64,000 bases of DNA from an uncultured Methylomirabilota bacterium (GCA_963845565.1 CAWJSJ010000004.1:47905-111904), one strand, 5' to 3'; positions 29,841 to 40,261 are shown, numbered from the stretch's first letter. The notes: a model not told the origin generated them from the sequence alone. Made by a program: numbers and translations.

Positions 29841-29983
29841 CAGGCTGCTGAAAAAGGTCCATCTGCGGCGTTGGCTCGTTTGGGCACTCGCTGCGGCGTA
29901 CAGGAAGTACGCCTCACTCGGCCCCGGGTACCCATCGAAGATGGGTGACGCCGCCTTGCATATGGGCCTTTTTGAGCAGCCTG
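29841..29983 (+). repeat. nested-palindrome intergenic element, copy a
   Basis: Termini are CAGGCTGCTGAAAAAGG.CCATCTGC ... GCATATGGGCCTTTTTGAGCAGCCTG. The central hairpin is GGCGTAC-N5-GTACGCC. Confidence 0.8.
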
Positions 29984-30118
29984 CCCGAAAGTGAGTATTT
30001 CGCGTTCCTCTTGTCAGGAAAGGCGCTGACCTAGCCGGAAGATTTTGGAATCGGACCCGGTTGTGGATTTTGTGCCTCTTGTGGCCATTGGTCGGCCGCG
30101 TGTCTTGCTTATCCCGCA

Positions 30119-31037
30119 TCAATGCGGCGGGGGGTGGTGGGCGATCCAGTGCCGGGCGATGTCTGCCCGGCGGCAGATCCAGACCCGGTCGTGTGTGCTG
30201 GACGTAGTCCAGGAAGCGCATGAGCGCGGCGGCGCGCCCCGGCCGGCCCGCCAGGCGGCAATGCAGCCCCACCGAGAGCATCTTCGGCTCCTCGGCCCCC
30301 TCCGCATACAGCACGTCGAAGGCGTCCTTCAGGTAGGCAAAGAACTGATCCCCGCTGTTAAACCCCTGGGCCGTGGCGAAGCGCATGTCGTTGGTGTCCA
30401 GGGTGTAGGGGACGACGAGGTGCGGTTTCCCGACCACGTCCACCCAGTACGGGAGGTCGTCCGCGTAGGAGTCGGCGTCGTACAGGAAACCGCCGTGCTC
30501 CACCACCAAACGCCGCGTGTTGGGACTGTCGCGGCCGGTGTACCAGCCGACCGGCGGGGCTCCCGTGAGCTTTTGGATGGCCTCGACGGCCAGTCGGATG
30601 TGCTCCCGCTCCGTCGCCTCATCCATAGCCTGATAGCTGATCCAGCGCCACCCGTGGGAGGCGATCTCGTAGTCGGCCTCCTGCATGGCGGCCACCGCCT
30701 CGGGGTTGCGCTGCAGCGCCATGGCGACGCCGAAGATCGTGACGGGGATCCGGCGTGCCGTCAAAATCCGGTAAAGCCGCCAGAAGCCGGCTCGGCTTCC
30801 GTACTCATAGAGCGACTCCATGCTGAGGTGTCGCATGGGAAAGGCGGCGGCCCCGATGATCTCGGACAGAAAGGTCTCCGACCCCGCGTCTCCGTGCAGG
30901 ACGCAGTTCTCTGACCCCTCCTCGTAGTTGACCACGAGTTGCAGCGCCAGCCGGGCGTCGTGCGGCCAGCGGGGGTGCGGCGGCCGACGGCCATAGCCGA
31001 TCAGGTCCCGGGGGTAGGACGGATCGTTGCGGATCAC
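30119..31037 (-). pseudogene. PuuE-like polysaccharide deacetylase/allantoinase family protein with +1 frameshift near the 3' end
   Basis: GTG 31037 follows AGGAGG and overlaps the upstream stop. YGSRAGFWR, HGWRW and LHCRLAGRPGR motifs are present. The frame breaks at about 30191..30197. The correct tail HDRVWICRRADIARHWI is in the next frame. Confidence 0.75.
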
Positions 31038-32086
31038 GGGGTCCCTCCTTCGGGGCGGTCCAGCCGCCTCTCCTCGACCGCGTGGCAGGCGGTGAGGGTC
31101 GCGTTGGGGGCCGCCATGGGCTCCGGCCGTTCCGAGCGGCAGCGGTCGGTCGCCCACGGGCAGCGAGGGTGGAACGCGCAGCCGGTGGGGGGATCGAGAG
31201 GATTGGGGACCTCGCCGGCGACCGGCGTCCGGCGCTCGCCGGTGACCTCCAGGTCGGGGATCGCCTCCAGCAGCATCCGCGTGTAGGGGTGCTGCGGTCG
31301 GGTGAAGATCTCTTCCGCCGATCCCAGCTCGGCGAGCCGCCCCAGATACATGACGCCCACCCGGTCGGCGATGTGGTGGACGACAGCCAGGTTGTGGGAG
31401 ATGAAGAGGTAGGTCAGCCCGAACTCCCGCTGGAGATCCTTCATGAGATTCAGGATTTGCGCCTGTACGGAGACGTCGAGGGCCGAGGTCGGCTCGTCGC
31501 AGACCAGGAACTCCGGGTTGCTCGACAGCGCCCGTGCGATGGAGATTCGTTGGCGCTGCCCGCCCGAGAACTCGTGCGGGTACTTGTCGGCGTCGGCGGG
31601 CGCCAGACCGACCTGGCGAAGGAGGGCCTCCACCCGCGCCCGCAGCGGACCGGCGCCCGCGACCAGCCGGTGGGCGCGGATCGGCTCGGCGATGATCTCC
31701 TTCACCCGCCAGCGCGGGTTCAGGCTGGCGTAGGGATCCTGGAAGATCATCTGGAACCGCCGCCGGACGGCGGCGATCTCCGCCCGCGCCCGCAGGCCCG
31801 CGAGCTCGATGCCGTCGAACCGGATCACCCCGCGAGTCGGGGTGTAGAGTCCGACCAGCAGGCGGGCTACCGTGGACTTGCCGCAGCCCGATTCTCCCAC
31901 CAGGGCCAGCGTCTCCCCGCGGCGGATGTCGAAGCTGATCCCGTCTACAGCCCTGAGCAGCGTGCGGGGCTGTCCTTCCAGCACGCGGGCCAGCCAGGGC
32001 CGGGACACGTCGAAATGGTGGGCGAGATCGCTGGCCTCGATCAATGGGCCCGTCGCCGGCGCCCCGCAGGTCGGCCGGCCGCTCAC
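31034..32086 (-). CDS. peptide/nickel ABC transporter ATP-binding protein (OppF/DppF-like)
   Basis: Walker [10 protein letters not shown], signature FSGGQRQR, and Walker [12 protein letters not shown]. Confidence 0.9.
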   Translation of the reverse strand: MSGRPTCGAPATGPLIEASDLAHHFDVSRPWLARVLEGQPRTLLRAVDGISFDIRRGETLALVGESGCGKSTVARLLVGLYTPTRGVIRFDGIELAGLRARAEIAAVRRRFQMIFQDPYASLNPRWRVKEIIAEPIRAHRLVAGAGPLRARVEALLRQVGLAPADADKYPHEFSGGQRQRISIARALSSNPEFLVCDEPTSALDVSVQAQILNLMKDLQREFGLTYLFISHNLAVVHHIADRVGVMYLGRLAELGSAEEIFTRPQHPYTRMLLEAIPDLEVTGERRTPVAGEVPNPLDPPTGCAFHPRCPWATDRCRSERPEPMAAPNATLTACHAVEERRLDRPEGGTP

Positions 32087-33123
32087 GATCGTGCCTCGCC
32101 TGGCGACGGCGGCGCGCCGCCGAAGAGCCAGCAGGCGGCGGCGCCGGAATCCGTCGGCCTGAGCTCGGGCCGCAACGTTCGACAGGGTTCAAAAACCCGC
32201 GGGCAGCGCGGGTGAAAGGCGCAGCCCGGCGGAATCTCGTTCAGGCGGGGCATGGCGCCGTCGATCTGGACCAGGCGCGACACCCGTCGGTGGACGCTGG
32301 GGATCGAGCCCATCAGGCCGATCGTGTACGGATGCCTCGGCTGGCGGATCACGTCGCGAACCGGGCCGATCTCGACCAGACGGCCGGCGTACATCACCGC
32401 CACCCGGTCGGCCGTCTCGGCGATGACGCCCATGTCGTGGGTAATGAGCATGACGGCGGCACCGTGATCGCGGCACATGCGCTTGAGCAGGGTGATGATC
32501 TGGGCCTGGATGGAGACATCCAGGGCAGTCGTCGGCTCGTCGGCGATGACCAGCTCGGGATTCGCGCAGAGCGCCAGGGCGATCACCACCCGCTGCCGCA
32601 TCCCACCCGAGAACTGATGGGGATAATGATCGATCCGCCGCTCGGCGGCGGGGATGCCCACCTCCTGGAGGAGCTGGACCGCGCGGCGACGCGCCTCCGT
32701 CGGCGTGGCGTCCACGTGCGTCCGGATGGTCTCGACGAGCTGCCGGCTCACGGTGTAGAGGGGATTGAGGGAGGTGAGCGGGTCCTGGAAGACGGCGCCG
32801 ATCCGGCGGCCACGGATCCGGCGCAGCGCATCCTCGGGCAGTCCGTCGATCCGCTCGCCGCGCAGCAGGATGCGGCCTCGCGCGATCCGCCCGGGCGGCT
32901 CCAGCAAGCCGATGACCGCGGTGCCGGTGATGGATTTGCCGGCGCCGGATTCGCCCACCACGCCCAGAACCTCGCCCGGATCAATGGACAGGGACACACC
33001 GTCCACGGCGGTGAGAATCCCACGACGGGTGGGAAACTCCACGGCCAGATCCTCGATCTGGAGGACGGGGGCCGCCTTCGTCCCCGGTGTCTGCACGTCC
33101 TGCAAATGCTGTCCCGTGTCCAT
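32083..33123 (-). CDS. peptide/nickel ABC transporter ATP-binding protein (OppD/DppD-like)
   Basis: [26 protein letters not shown], and a C-terminal oligopeptide-type extension with CAFHPRC. Confidence 0.9.
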   Translation of the reverse strand: MDTGQHLQDVQTPGTKAAPVLQIEDLAVEFPTRRGILTAVDGVSLSIDPGEVLGVVGESGAGKSITGTAVIGLLEPPGRIARGRILLRGERIDGLPEDALRRIRGRRIGAVFQDPLTSLNPLYTVSRQLVETIRTHVDATPTEARRRAVQLLQEVGIPAAERRIDHYPHQFSGGMRQRVVIALALCANPELVIADEPTTALDVSIQAQIITLLKRMCRDHGAAVMLITHDMGVIAETADRVAVMYAGRLVEIGPVRDVIRQPRHPYTIGLMGSIPSVHRRVSRLVQIDGAMPRLNEIPPGCAFHPRCPRVFEPCRTLRPELRPTDSGAAACWLFGGAPPSPGEARS

Positions 33124-33129
33124 CGTCCG

Positions 33130-34071
33130 TTATTGCAGTTTCGGATTCAACGCATCCCGCAGCCAGTCGCCCAACAGGTTGACCGCCAGCACCAGGGCGA
33201 CCAGCCACACGCCCGGAAAGATGGTCATCCACCACTCGCCCGAGAAGAGCACCTCGTTGCCGATCCGGATCAAGGTCCCCAAGGACGGCTGGGTGGCCGG
33301 TACGCCGAGCCCCAGGAAGCTCAGCGTGGCCTCGGTCAGAATGGCGAGGCCCAGACCGAGCGTGGCGATCACCAGCACCGGGCCCAGGACGTTGGGGAGG
33401 ATGTGCCGGAACAGGATGTGCGCCGTCGGCTGCCCGATCAGGCGGGCCGCCTGGACATACTCCTTGCTCTTCTCCACCAGAGTCGAGCCGCGGACTGTCC
33501 GGGCGTACTGGACCCAGCTGGCCATGCCGATGGCCAGGACCAGAATCGGGATGGCCAGATCCTGGTGAACGTTCTTGGGCAGGGCGTTCCGGGCGATCCC
33601 GTCGATCAGCAAGGCGATCAGGATGGTGGGAAAACTCAACTGGACGTCGGCCAGCCGCATGATGAGATTCTCGATCCGCCCGCCCAGATAGCCGCTGACG
33701 AGTCCCAGCGCGACGCCCAGGAGCATGGCGAACAGGGTTGCGGCGGCGCTCACTCCCAGCGAGATCCGTGAGCCGTACAGGATCGTCGAGAGGACGTCCC
33801 GGCCTTGGCTGTCGGTGCCGAGCGGATAGCGCAACTGGCCCCCCTCGATCCACGCCGGCGGCAGCCGCGAATCCCCGATGTTCAGCGCGGCCGCGTCAAA
33901 AGGGTTCTGTGGCGCGAGCACGGGGGCCGCCGCGGCCAGCGCCAGGAACAGAAGGGTCACCGCCGCGGCGACGACCGTCACGGGGGATCGGGTGAAGTGA
34001 TACCAGAGGTCGCTGTCCCGCCCGCGCGTGACGCGGTCCCGGAGATCTGCGATCAATCCCGCCCTTGCCAT
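33130..34071 (-). CDS. ABC transporter permease (OppC/DppC-like)
   Basis: 313 aa with the BPD_transp_1 EAA-loop pattern (YVQAARLIGQP). Confidence 0.9.
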   Translation of the reverse strand: MARAGLIADLRDRVTRGRDSDLWYHFTRSPVTVVAAAVTLLFLALAAAAPVLAPQNPFDAAALNIGDSRLPPAWIEGGQLRYPLGTDSQGRDVLSTILYGSRISLGVSAAATLFAMLLGVALGLVSGYLGGRIENLIMRLADVQLSFPTILIALLIDGIARNALPKNVHQDLAIPILVLAIGMASWVQYARTVRGSTLVEKSKEYVQAARLIGQPTAHILFRHILPNVLGPVLVIATLGLGLAILTEATLSFLGLGVPATQPSLGTLIRIGNEVLFSGEWWMTIFPGVWLVALVLAVNLLGDWLRDALNPKLQ

Positions 34072-34296
34072 GTCAACCCCACAGCGAAACTACTGTACCC
34101 CATGACGTCAAGGACGCTGAACGATGATCGGGGGAGTGGGTGACAAGGCGAGTGGGAGACAATGCCGACATAGGGTCGTGGCCTCATTCTTCCCCCCAAT
34201 CTCCCAGTCGCTCCGTCTCCCAATCAACTCCTCCCATGGCGGTCATGCGGTTTCTCAGTTTGTGTTTAGCGCGATGCTAAAAAACGCATTCGTACC

Positions 34297-34440
34297 CAGG
34301 CTGCTCAAAAGGGCCCAGCTGCAAGGCGGCGCGCCGCAGGCCGGGGGTACCCATCGGGCCGGGTCCAGCCGTACTGGAGGTACGTCGCAGCGAGTGCCGA
34401 GACGCGACAACGCGGCAGATGGGCCTTTTTCAGCAGCCTG
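34297..34440 (-). repeat. nested-palindrome intergenic element, copy b (inverted)
   Basis: Reverse complement of the copy-a architecture. It sits between the two permease genes and starts right after the upstream stop codon. Confidence 0.8.
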
Positions 34441-35421
34441 TTAGCCTCCCGCGACGTGCCCCACGCGCAAGCGCGGATCCACGAAGTAGTACAGCAGGTC
34501 CACGATCAGATTGATGGCGACGAAGAGGGCGGACACCAGAACCAGATACGCCGACAGCACGGGGATGTCGCCGAAGGTGATGGCCTGGATGACCAGCGAG
34601 CCCATCCCGGGCCACTGGAACACGGTCTCGGTGATGATGGCGAAAGCGATGATGGAGCCGAGTTGGAGCCCGGTGATGGTGATGACGGGGATCAAGGTGT
34701 TCTTCAGGGCGTGGCCGAAGTGCACGGCGCGCTTGCTCAACCCGCGGGCTCGAGCGAACTTGATATAGTCGGTGCGCAGGACCTCCAGCATCTCGGAGCG
34801 GACCAACCGCATGATGAGCGTGGTCTGGAACAACGCCAGCGTGATGCTGGGCAGGATCAGGGATTTCAGTCCGCTGGCCGTGAACAGGCCGGTCGTCCAC
34901 CAGCCGACGCGGAGGACATCCCCGCGTCCGTAGGAGGGCAGCCAGGTTACCTTGACGGAGAAAACCAGGATCAGCAGGATGCCGGTAAGGAACGAGGGGA
35001 TGGACACCCCCACCAGGGAGGCGGCCTGGATGGCCTGGCTGGACCAGGCGTTCCGGTGCAGCCCGGTGTAGACACCGGCAGGGATCCCCAGGCCGAGCGC
35101 CAGCAGGACGGCCATGACGCTCAGTTCCAGGGTAGCCGGCAGTCGTGCGATCAGCACGGAAGAGACGGGCTGGAGGTTTCGGAAGGACATGCCGAAGTCG
35201 CCCTGCACCGCGTGCTGGAGGAAGCGCAGGAACCGGACGGGCATGGGCTCGTCCAAACCCAGCGAAAGGCGCAGCTCGGCCTTCCGGTCCGGCGGGGCGT
35301 TCTCGCCCAGCATGTTGGTGACCGGGTCGCCCACGAAGTTGAACAGCGAGAAGGCCACGAAGGCGACGACCAGCATGACCAAAATGGCGTTGGCCACCCG
35401 CGTGAGGATGAAGGCGAGCAC
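34441..35421 (-). CDS. ABC transporter permease (OppB/DppB-like)
   Basis: GTG 35421 gives VLAFILTRVANAILVML, the typical OppB N-terminus. YIKFARARGLS is the EAA loop. Confidence 0.9.
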   Translation of the reverse strand: MLAFILTRVANAILVMLVVAFVAFSLFNFVGDPVTNMLGENAPPDRKAELRLSLGLDEPMPVRFLRFLQHAVQGDFGMSFRNLQPVSSVLIARLPATLELSVMAVLLALGLGIPAGVYTGLHRNAWSSQAIQAASLVGVSIPSFLTGILLILVFSVKVTWLPSYGRGDVLRVGWWTTGLFTASGLKSLILPSITLALFQTTLIMRLVRSEMLEVLRTDYIKFARARGLSKRAVHFGHALKNTLIPVITITGLQLGSIIAFAIITETVFQWPGMGSLVIQAITFGDIPVLSAYLVLVSALFVAINLIVDLLYYFVDPRLRVGHVAGG

Positions 35422-35706
35422 GGCACCCCCGCAATTCGCGATCGCGCAGCCGCTGAGCGGCAAGAACCACGCCCCGGCCCTGTTCATCGGCGCGACTGTG
35501 GCGAGGACCGAAGGCAGCGCATTATCGAGAGGTGGAGGGCGTCTGTCAATAGCGAGGGCGCTTCCGTTGTCGAGGGCATGGCGCCCACAGCACCTGGTGC
35601 CCACAGTGCCTTGACAGAGAAGGGCAGATCGGCGATTCTTGCGCGGATTTGATCACTGTCCGTGCCGGTGGAACCCTGACGGGGCGCGGCGGACTTCTGT
35701 AACTCC

Positions 35707-37302
35707 ATGGGAGGAGGCAACGCGATGCGCACGATGTGGCGATTCGGAATCCTGATGCTCTTGATCATCGGCCTGGCGGCGAGTCCGGCGGCCGCCAAGA
35801 CGTTCACGTGGGCGTTCAACGGGGACGCGCTGACGATGGACCCCCACGCGTCCAACAACACCTTCACCAACGCGTTTGCGAACTACATCTACGAGGGCCT
35901 CACGCGGCATAACTACGAGATCAAGATCGAGCCGGCCCTGGCGACCTCGTGGAAGACGATCAGCCCGACCGTCTGGCGCTTCACGCTGCGCAACGGGGTG
36001 AAGTTCCACGACGGGGCCGATTTCGACGCGGACGACGTGGTCGCCACCTGGCAGCGCATGAACACGCCCGGCGCCCTGGTGATGACGGTCGTCAACCCGA
36101 TCAAGGATGTTCGCAAGGTGGATTCCCACACCGTGGACATCGAGACCAAGCAGCCGTTCCCGATCCTGCTCTCCATCCTCACCCACTTCTTCGTCATGGA
36201 TAAGGGCTGGATGGAGAAGAACGACGCCAAAGCGTCCACCGACCTTCAGCAGAAGAAGGAGAACTTCGCGAACCGGAACGCCAACGGCACCGGGCCCTTC
36301 AAGCTGAAGAGTCGCGAGATCGATGTCAAGACGGTGCTGGAAGTGAATCCGAGCTGGTGGGACAAGCCGCAGCACAACCTGACCGAGGTGGTGTTCACCC
36401 CGATCAAATCGGACGCGACCCGGACCTCTTCTTTGCTTTCGGGGGCGATTGACGCCACCATCTCCATTCCCTTGCAGGACATCCAGCGGGTATCGAGCGA
36501 CCCGAAGCTCCAGGTCGTCCAAGGGCCGGAGCTCCGGACGATCTTCTTCGGCTTCGACGTGCACCGGGAGGAATTGCTGTACTCGGACGTCAAAGGGAAG
36601 AACCCGTTCAAGGACATCCGCGTGCGCCGCGCCTTCTACCAGGCGATCGACATCGAGGCTATCAAGCGGTCGGTGATGCGCGGGAATGCGTGGCCGGCGG
36701 GCGTGGTGATGTCGCCGTACCTGACGGGGGCTCCCAAGGATCTGAACACCCGGTTGCCCTTCGATCCGGAGGCGTCCAAGAAGCTCCTGGCCGAGGCGGG
36801 CTATCCCAATGGCTTCTCCGTCGGCCTGAGCTGCCCGAACGAGCGGTACGTGTACGACGAGAATATCTGTCTGGCCGTGGTCTCGATGCTGGCCAAGGTC
36901 GGGGTGAAGATCGAACCGCAGATCGAGCCGACGGCGAAGTGGTCGCAGCGGCTGAACAACCTGGACGTCTCCATGTACATGATCGGCCACGCGGGATTGC
37001 CCACGGCGGATGCCTACAGCACCCTGTCCGAGGTCATCGCCACGCGCGGCGGCGGCATGGGCGGCCTGAACGCGGGCCGTTACTCGAATCCGAAGTTCGA
37101 TGATCTGCTGAAGCGAATCGAGCGCGAGGTGGATTCGACCAAGCGGGAAGCCATGATCCGCGATGCGCTGCAGATCGCCAAGGATGACATCGCGTTCATC
37201 CCGCTGCATCAGCAGCCCATCGTGTGGGCCTCCAAGAGGGGCATCGACATGAAGCAGGCGCCGGACAATCGGCTGCGGCTGTGGTACGTCACCATGCCTT
37301 AA
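35707..37302 (+). CDS. ABC transporter substrate-binding protein, family 5 (OppA/DppA-like)
   Basis: A signal peptide is followed by KTFTWAFNGDALTMDPH. 531 aa. The start is ATG 35707 or 35725. Confidence 0.9.
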   Translation: MGGGNAMRTMWRFGILMLLIIGLAASPAAAKTFTWAFNGDALTMDPHASNNTFTNAFANYIYEGLTRHNYEIKIEPALATSWKTISPTVWRFTLRNGVKFHDGADFDADDVVATWQRMNTPGALVMTVVNPIKDVRKVDSHTVDIETKQPFPILLSILTHFFVMDKGWMEKNDAKASTDLQQKKENFANRNANGTGPFKLKSREIDVKTVLEVNPSWWDKPQHNLTEVVFTPIKSDATRTSSLLSGAIDATISIPLQDIQRVSSDPKLQVVQGPELRTIFFGFDVHREELLYSDVKGKNPFKDIRVRRAFYQAIDIEAIKRSVMRGNAWPAGVVMSPYLTGAPKDLNTRLPFDPEASKKLLAEAGYPNGFSVGLSCPNERYVYDENICLAVVSMLAKVGVKIEPQIEPTAKWSQRLNNLDVSMYMIGHAGLPTADAYSTLSEVIATRGGGMGGLNAGRYSNPKFDDLLKRIEREVDSTKREAMIRDALQIAKDDIAFIPLHQQPIVWASKRGIDMKQAPDNRLRLWYVTMP

Positions 37303-37427
37303 CGGCTGCTGAAAACGGCCCACCTGCAGCGTTGGAGCGCCTCGCCACTCGCTGCGACGTACTTCCAGTACGCCTCGCTCGGGCCGTCGGCACTCCGCCT
37401 TGCATCTGGGCCATTTTGAGCAGCCTG
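37303..37427 (+). repeat. nested-palindrome intergenic element, copy c
   Basis: Starts immediately after the TAA of the binding-protein gene. Confidence 0.8.
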
Positions 37428-37557
37428 GATGAGAGTGAGTCATGGGGCATACTTGAAAGACCTGAGAATCTGTAGGATGCGAAGCGAGCGGGCCGGGTCC
37501 GTGGAGGGCCCGGCCCGCGCGCCGTTTGACCTCTGACACGTTGCCAAGGAGTGTGCC

Positions 37558-39000
37558 ATGGCGGATATTCTGATCACGAACGGCGTCGTCATCACCATGG
37601 ACCCGGACCGCCGGGTTCTGGAGCGCGGTGCGGTGGCCATCGAGGGGTCTCGGATCGTCGCCGTCGGGGACAGCGACACCCTCACGCGTACCCACCCGGC
37701 TCCCCGGGTCATCGACGCGACCAAGAAAGTGGTGATGCCGGGGCTCATCGATGGGCACGCCCACGCCGGGCACGGCCTGGTGAAGACGCTGGGAGGCGGC
37801 CGGGGGGAGCTGTGGTACAAGGCGTGCGAGCAGATCTACACGGTGGGCTCCACGGAGGAGTTCTGGCGGGCGGAGGCGCTCCTGTCGGCGCTCGAGCGAT
37901 TGAAGTGCGGGACGACCTGCGGCGTCTCCTACCTGGGAGGCGGAGACGACATCATGCGGACCGACGAGCCGGTTTACGGCGAGCAGCACTGCCGCGCGGT
38001 GCAACAGATCGGCATCCGGTCTTTCTTGGCGGCGGGGGTGTGTCGGCCGCCGTTTCCGCGGACATTTGCGCGCTGGGATGCCGGTACACGAAACGACGTG
38101 TCCGTCACTTTCCAGCGGCAGTTCGCCACTTGTGAAGAACTGATCCGTGGATGGCACGGAGCGGCCGACGGCCAGATCCGGGTCTGCCTGACGTTTCCGG
38201 TGCAACACCCCAACGCTGCGGAGAAGGGCCAGGCGTCCGTGGACGCGGTACGAGAGCAGGCCCAGGCCGTTCGCAGCCTCAGTCGCGCCCGCGGGGTGCT
38301 CTTCACCCAGGACGGCATCCGGCGCGGGTGCCTGAAGCTCGCGCACGAGTCGTTCGGATTCCTCGGACCGGACGCGTTCTTCTCCCACTCCGTGGATCTC
38401 ACGGGCGAGGAGATCGCCCTGTGCCGCGAGACCGGCGCCAGGATCTGCCACAACCCGAGCGCCAACATCTCGATCCAGGGGCGATGTCCGGTGCCGGAGC
38501 TGCTGGACGCCGGCGTGACGGTGATGCTGGGCTCCGACGGAACGGCGCCGGATCGCGGCTACGACATGTTCCGCCACATGTGGCAGTGCATGCACTACCA
38601 CCGGCGGCACTTCCGGGATACCGGCGTCCTGCCCCCCGGGAAAGTCCTGGAGATGGCGACGATCGATGCCGCGCGGGCGCTCGGGCTGGACGGGGAGATC
38701 GGCTCGCTCGAACCGGGCAAGCGCGCGGACCTCATTCTGGTGGACCTGGCCAAACCGCACCTCTATCCGCAGAACATGCCGGTGTATCGCGTGATGTACT
38801 TTGCCAACGGCGCGGACGTGGACACCGTCGTGGTGAACGGGAAGATTCTCATGGCGGGGCGGCGGGTCCTGACGGTGAACGAGGCGGAGGTCCTGGATCT
38901 GGCGCAGCAGGAGACCGAGCGGATGCTGGATCGCTGCGGACTCAGACACCTTACCGAGTTTCCGCCGCAGTTTTGGGGACACAGCCGATACCCCGTGTAG
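37558..39000 (+). CDS. metal-dependent amidohydrolase (cytosine/guanine/MTA deaminase - chlorohydrolase superfamily)
   Basis: ILITNGVVITMD..., PGLIDGHAHAGHG, and SDGTAP motifs. AAGGAG lies before the ATG. Confidence 0.85.
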   Translation: MADILITNGVVITMDPDRRVLERGAVAIEGSRIVAVGDSDTLTRTHPAPRVIDATKKVVMPGLIDGHAHAGHGLVKTLGGGRGELWYKACEQIYTVGSTEEFWRAEALLSALERLKCGTTCGVSYLGGGDDIMRTDEPVYGEQHCRAVQQIGIRSFLAAGVCRPPFPRTFARWDAGTRNDVSVTFQRQFATCEELIRGWHGAADGQIRVCLTFPVQHPNAAEKGQASVDAVREQAQAVRSLSRARGVLFTQDGIRRGCLKLAHESFGFLGPDAFFSHSVDLTGEEIALCRETGARICHNPSANISIQGRCPVPELLDAGVTVMLGSDGTAPDRGYDMFRHMWQCMHYHRRHFRDTGVLPPGKVLEMATIDAARALGLDGEIGSLEPGKRADLILVDLAKPHLYPQNMPVYRVMYFANGADVDTVVVNGKILMAGRRVLTVNEAEVLDLAQQETERMLDRCGLRHLTEFPPQFWGHSRYPV

Positions 39001-39126
39001 CCGACTGCTGAAAACGGCCCATCTGCAGCGTTGTCGCGCTCGGGCGCTCGTTACAGCGTACCTGGAGTACGCTTCACTCGGCCCGTCGGTGCGCCGCCTT
39101 GCATCTGGACCGTTTTGAGCAGTCGG
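39001..39126 (+). repeat. nested-palindrome intergenic element, copy d
   Basis: Starts immediately after the TAG of the amidohydrolase gene. Confidence 0.8.
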
Positions 39127-39362
39127 CGGGGCACAGAAGAAAGCAGGGGGCAGGGGAGACGGGAAGGGCGACAGGGGCGAAAAGGGGATGCTGGCAGCAG
39201 GCAGCCGGCAGCGAGCGGGCGACGGAGGTGAGGCTTTCAGCTCTCAGCCGAGAGCTGACCGATGAGTGCTGATCGCTGCAAAAGCCCGAGAGCGTGCAGT
39301 GAGTAGTTCCGAGCGCTACGCGCCATGCGCTTTGCGCTATGCGCAGATGCGAGGGGTGGGGC

Positions 39363-40106
39363 ATGAAGATCAAGGTCATCAATCCGAACACGACGCAGAG
39401 CATGACCGAGAAGATCGGTGCGGCGGCCCGGGCGGTGGCGGCGCTGGGGACCACGATTCTTGCCGCGAGTCCCTCGATGGGTCCGGTGTCCATCGAGGGC
39501 CATTACGACGAAGCGGTAAGCGTGCTCGGCGTGCTGGACGAGGTGCGGCGGGGCGAGGCGGAGGGCTGCGACGGGTACGTCATCGCCTGCTTCGGGGACC
39601 CCGGGCTCCTGGCGGCGCGCGAGATCGCGCGCGGTCCCGTCCTGGGCATCGCCGAGGCCGCCATGCACGCGGCCAGTATGGTGGCAACCGGCTTCTCCAT
39701 CGTCACGACGCTGGCACGGACCGTCGGGATCGCCCGCCATCTTGTCGAGGCCTACGGGATGTCCCGCCACTGCCGGGGCATCCGGGCGACGGACCTTGCC
39801 GTATTGGACCTCGAGCGGCCGGACTCCTCGGCGTCCGCGGCCATCCTCGAGGAATGCCGCCGCGCCGTGCGCGAGGATCGCGCCGATGCCATCGTCCTGG
39901 GCTGCGCGGGGATGGCCGACCTGGCGAAACGGATCGGAGACGAACTCCGGCTTCCGGTGGTGGACGGGGTGACGGCCGCGGTCAAGCTGGTCGAGGCGCT
40001 GGTGGCGCTCGGCCTTCGGACGAGCAAGGCGGGGGAGCTGGCTTTCCCGCTGCCGAAGGTCTATACCGGCCTGGTCGAGCCGTTCGCGCCGGACGCAGGC
40101 TGCTGA
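39363..40106 (+). CDS. Asp/Glu/hydantoin racemase family protein
   Basis: MKIKVINPNTT..., ACFGDPGL and LGCAGMADL (two catalytic Cys motifs). The last codons and the TGA are supplied by repeat copy e. Confidence 0.85.
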   Translation: MKIKVINPNTTQSMTEKIGAAARAVAALGTTILAASPSMGPVSIEGHYDEAVSVLGVLDEVRRGEAEGCDGYVIACFGDPGLLAAREIARGPVLGIAEAAMHAASMVATGFSIVTTLARTVGIARHLVEAYGMSRHCRGIRATDLAVLDLERPDSSASAAILEECRRAVREDRADAIVLGCAGMADLAKRIGDELRLPVVDGVTAAVKLVEALVALGLRTSKAGELAFPLPKVYTGLVEPFAPDAGC

Positions 40107-40261
40107 AAAAGGCCCATCTGCGGGGACCCATCCTCCGGACGGGTACCCCGCGCGCTCGCGCGCTCGCTGCGGCGTACCTGGAGTACGCCTCGCTCGGCCC
40201 CCGGGTGCCCATCCGTAGGATGGGTGGTGCCGCCTAGCAGCCGGACCTTTTTGAGCAGCCC
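40096..40261 (+). repeat. nested-palindrome intergenic element, copy e (longest)
   Basis: CAGGCTGCTGAAAAAGGCCCATCTGC ... GGACCTTTTTGAGCAGCC with extra internal hairpins. Confidence 0.8.

Noticed and set aside
29823-32192. 789-aa minus-strand ORF apparently fusing an ABC ATPase region, the deacetylase and downstream DNA
   Set aside because: It is an artefact. The N-terminal part is an out-of-frame shadow of the ATPase gene. The C-terminal part is read-through caused by the frameshift near 30191..30197. The real genes are 31034..32086 and 30119..31037.
35653-38982. 1109-aa minus-strand ORF
   Set aside because: It is antisense to the oppA-like and amidohydrolase genes and even crosses a repeat element. 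The composition is non-protein-like.
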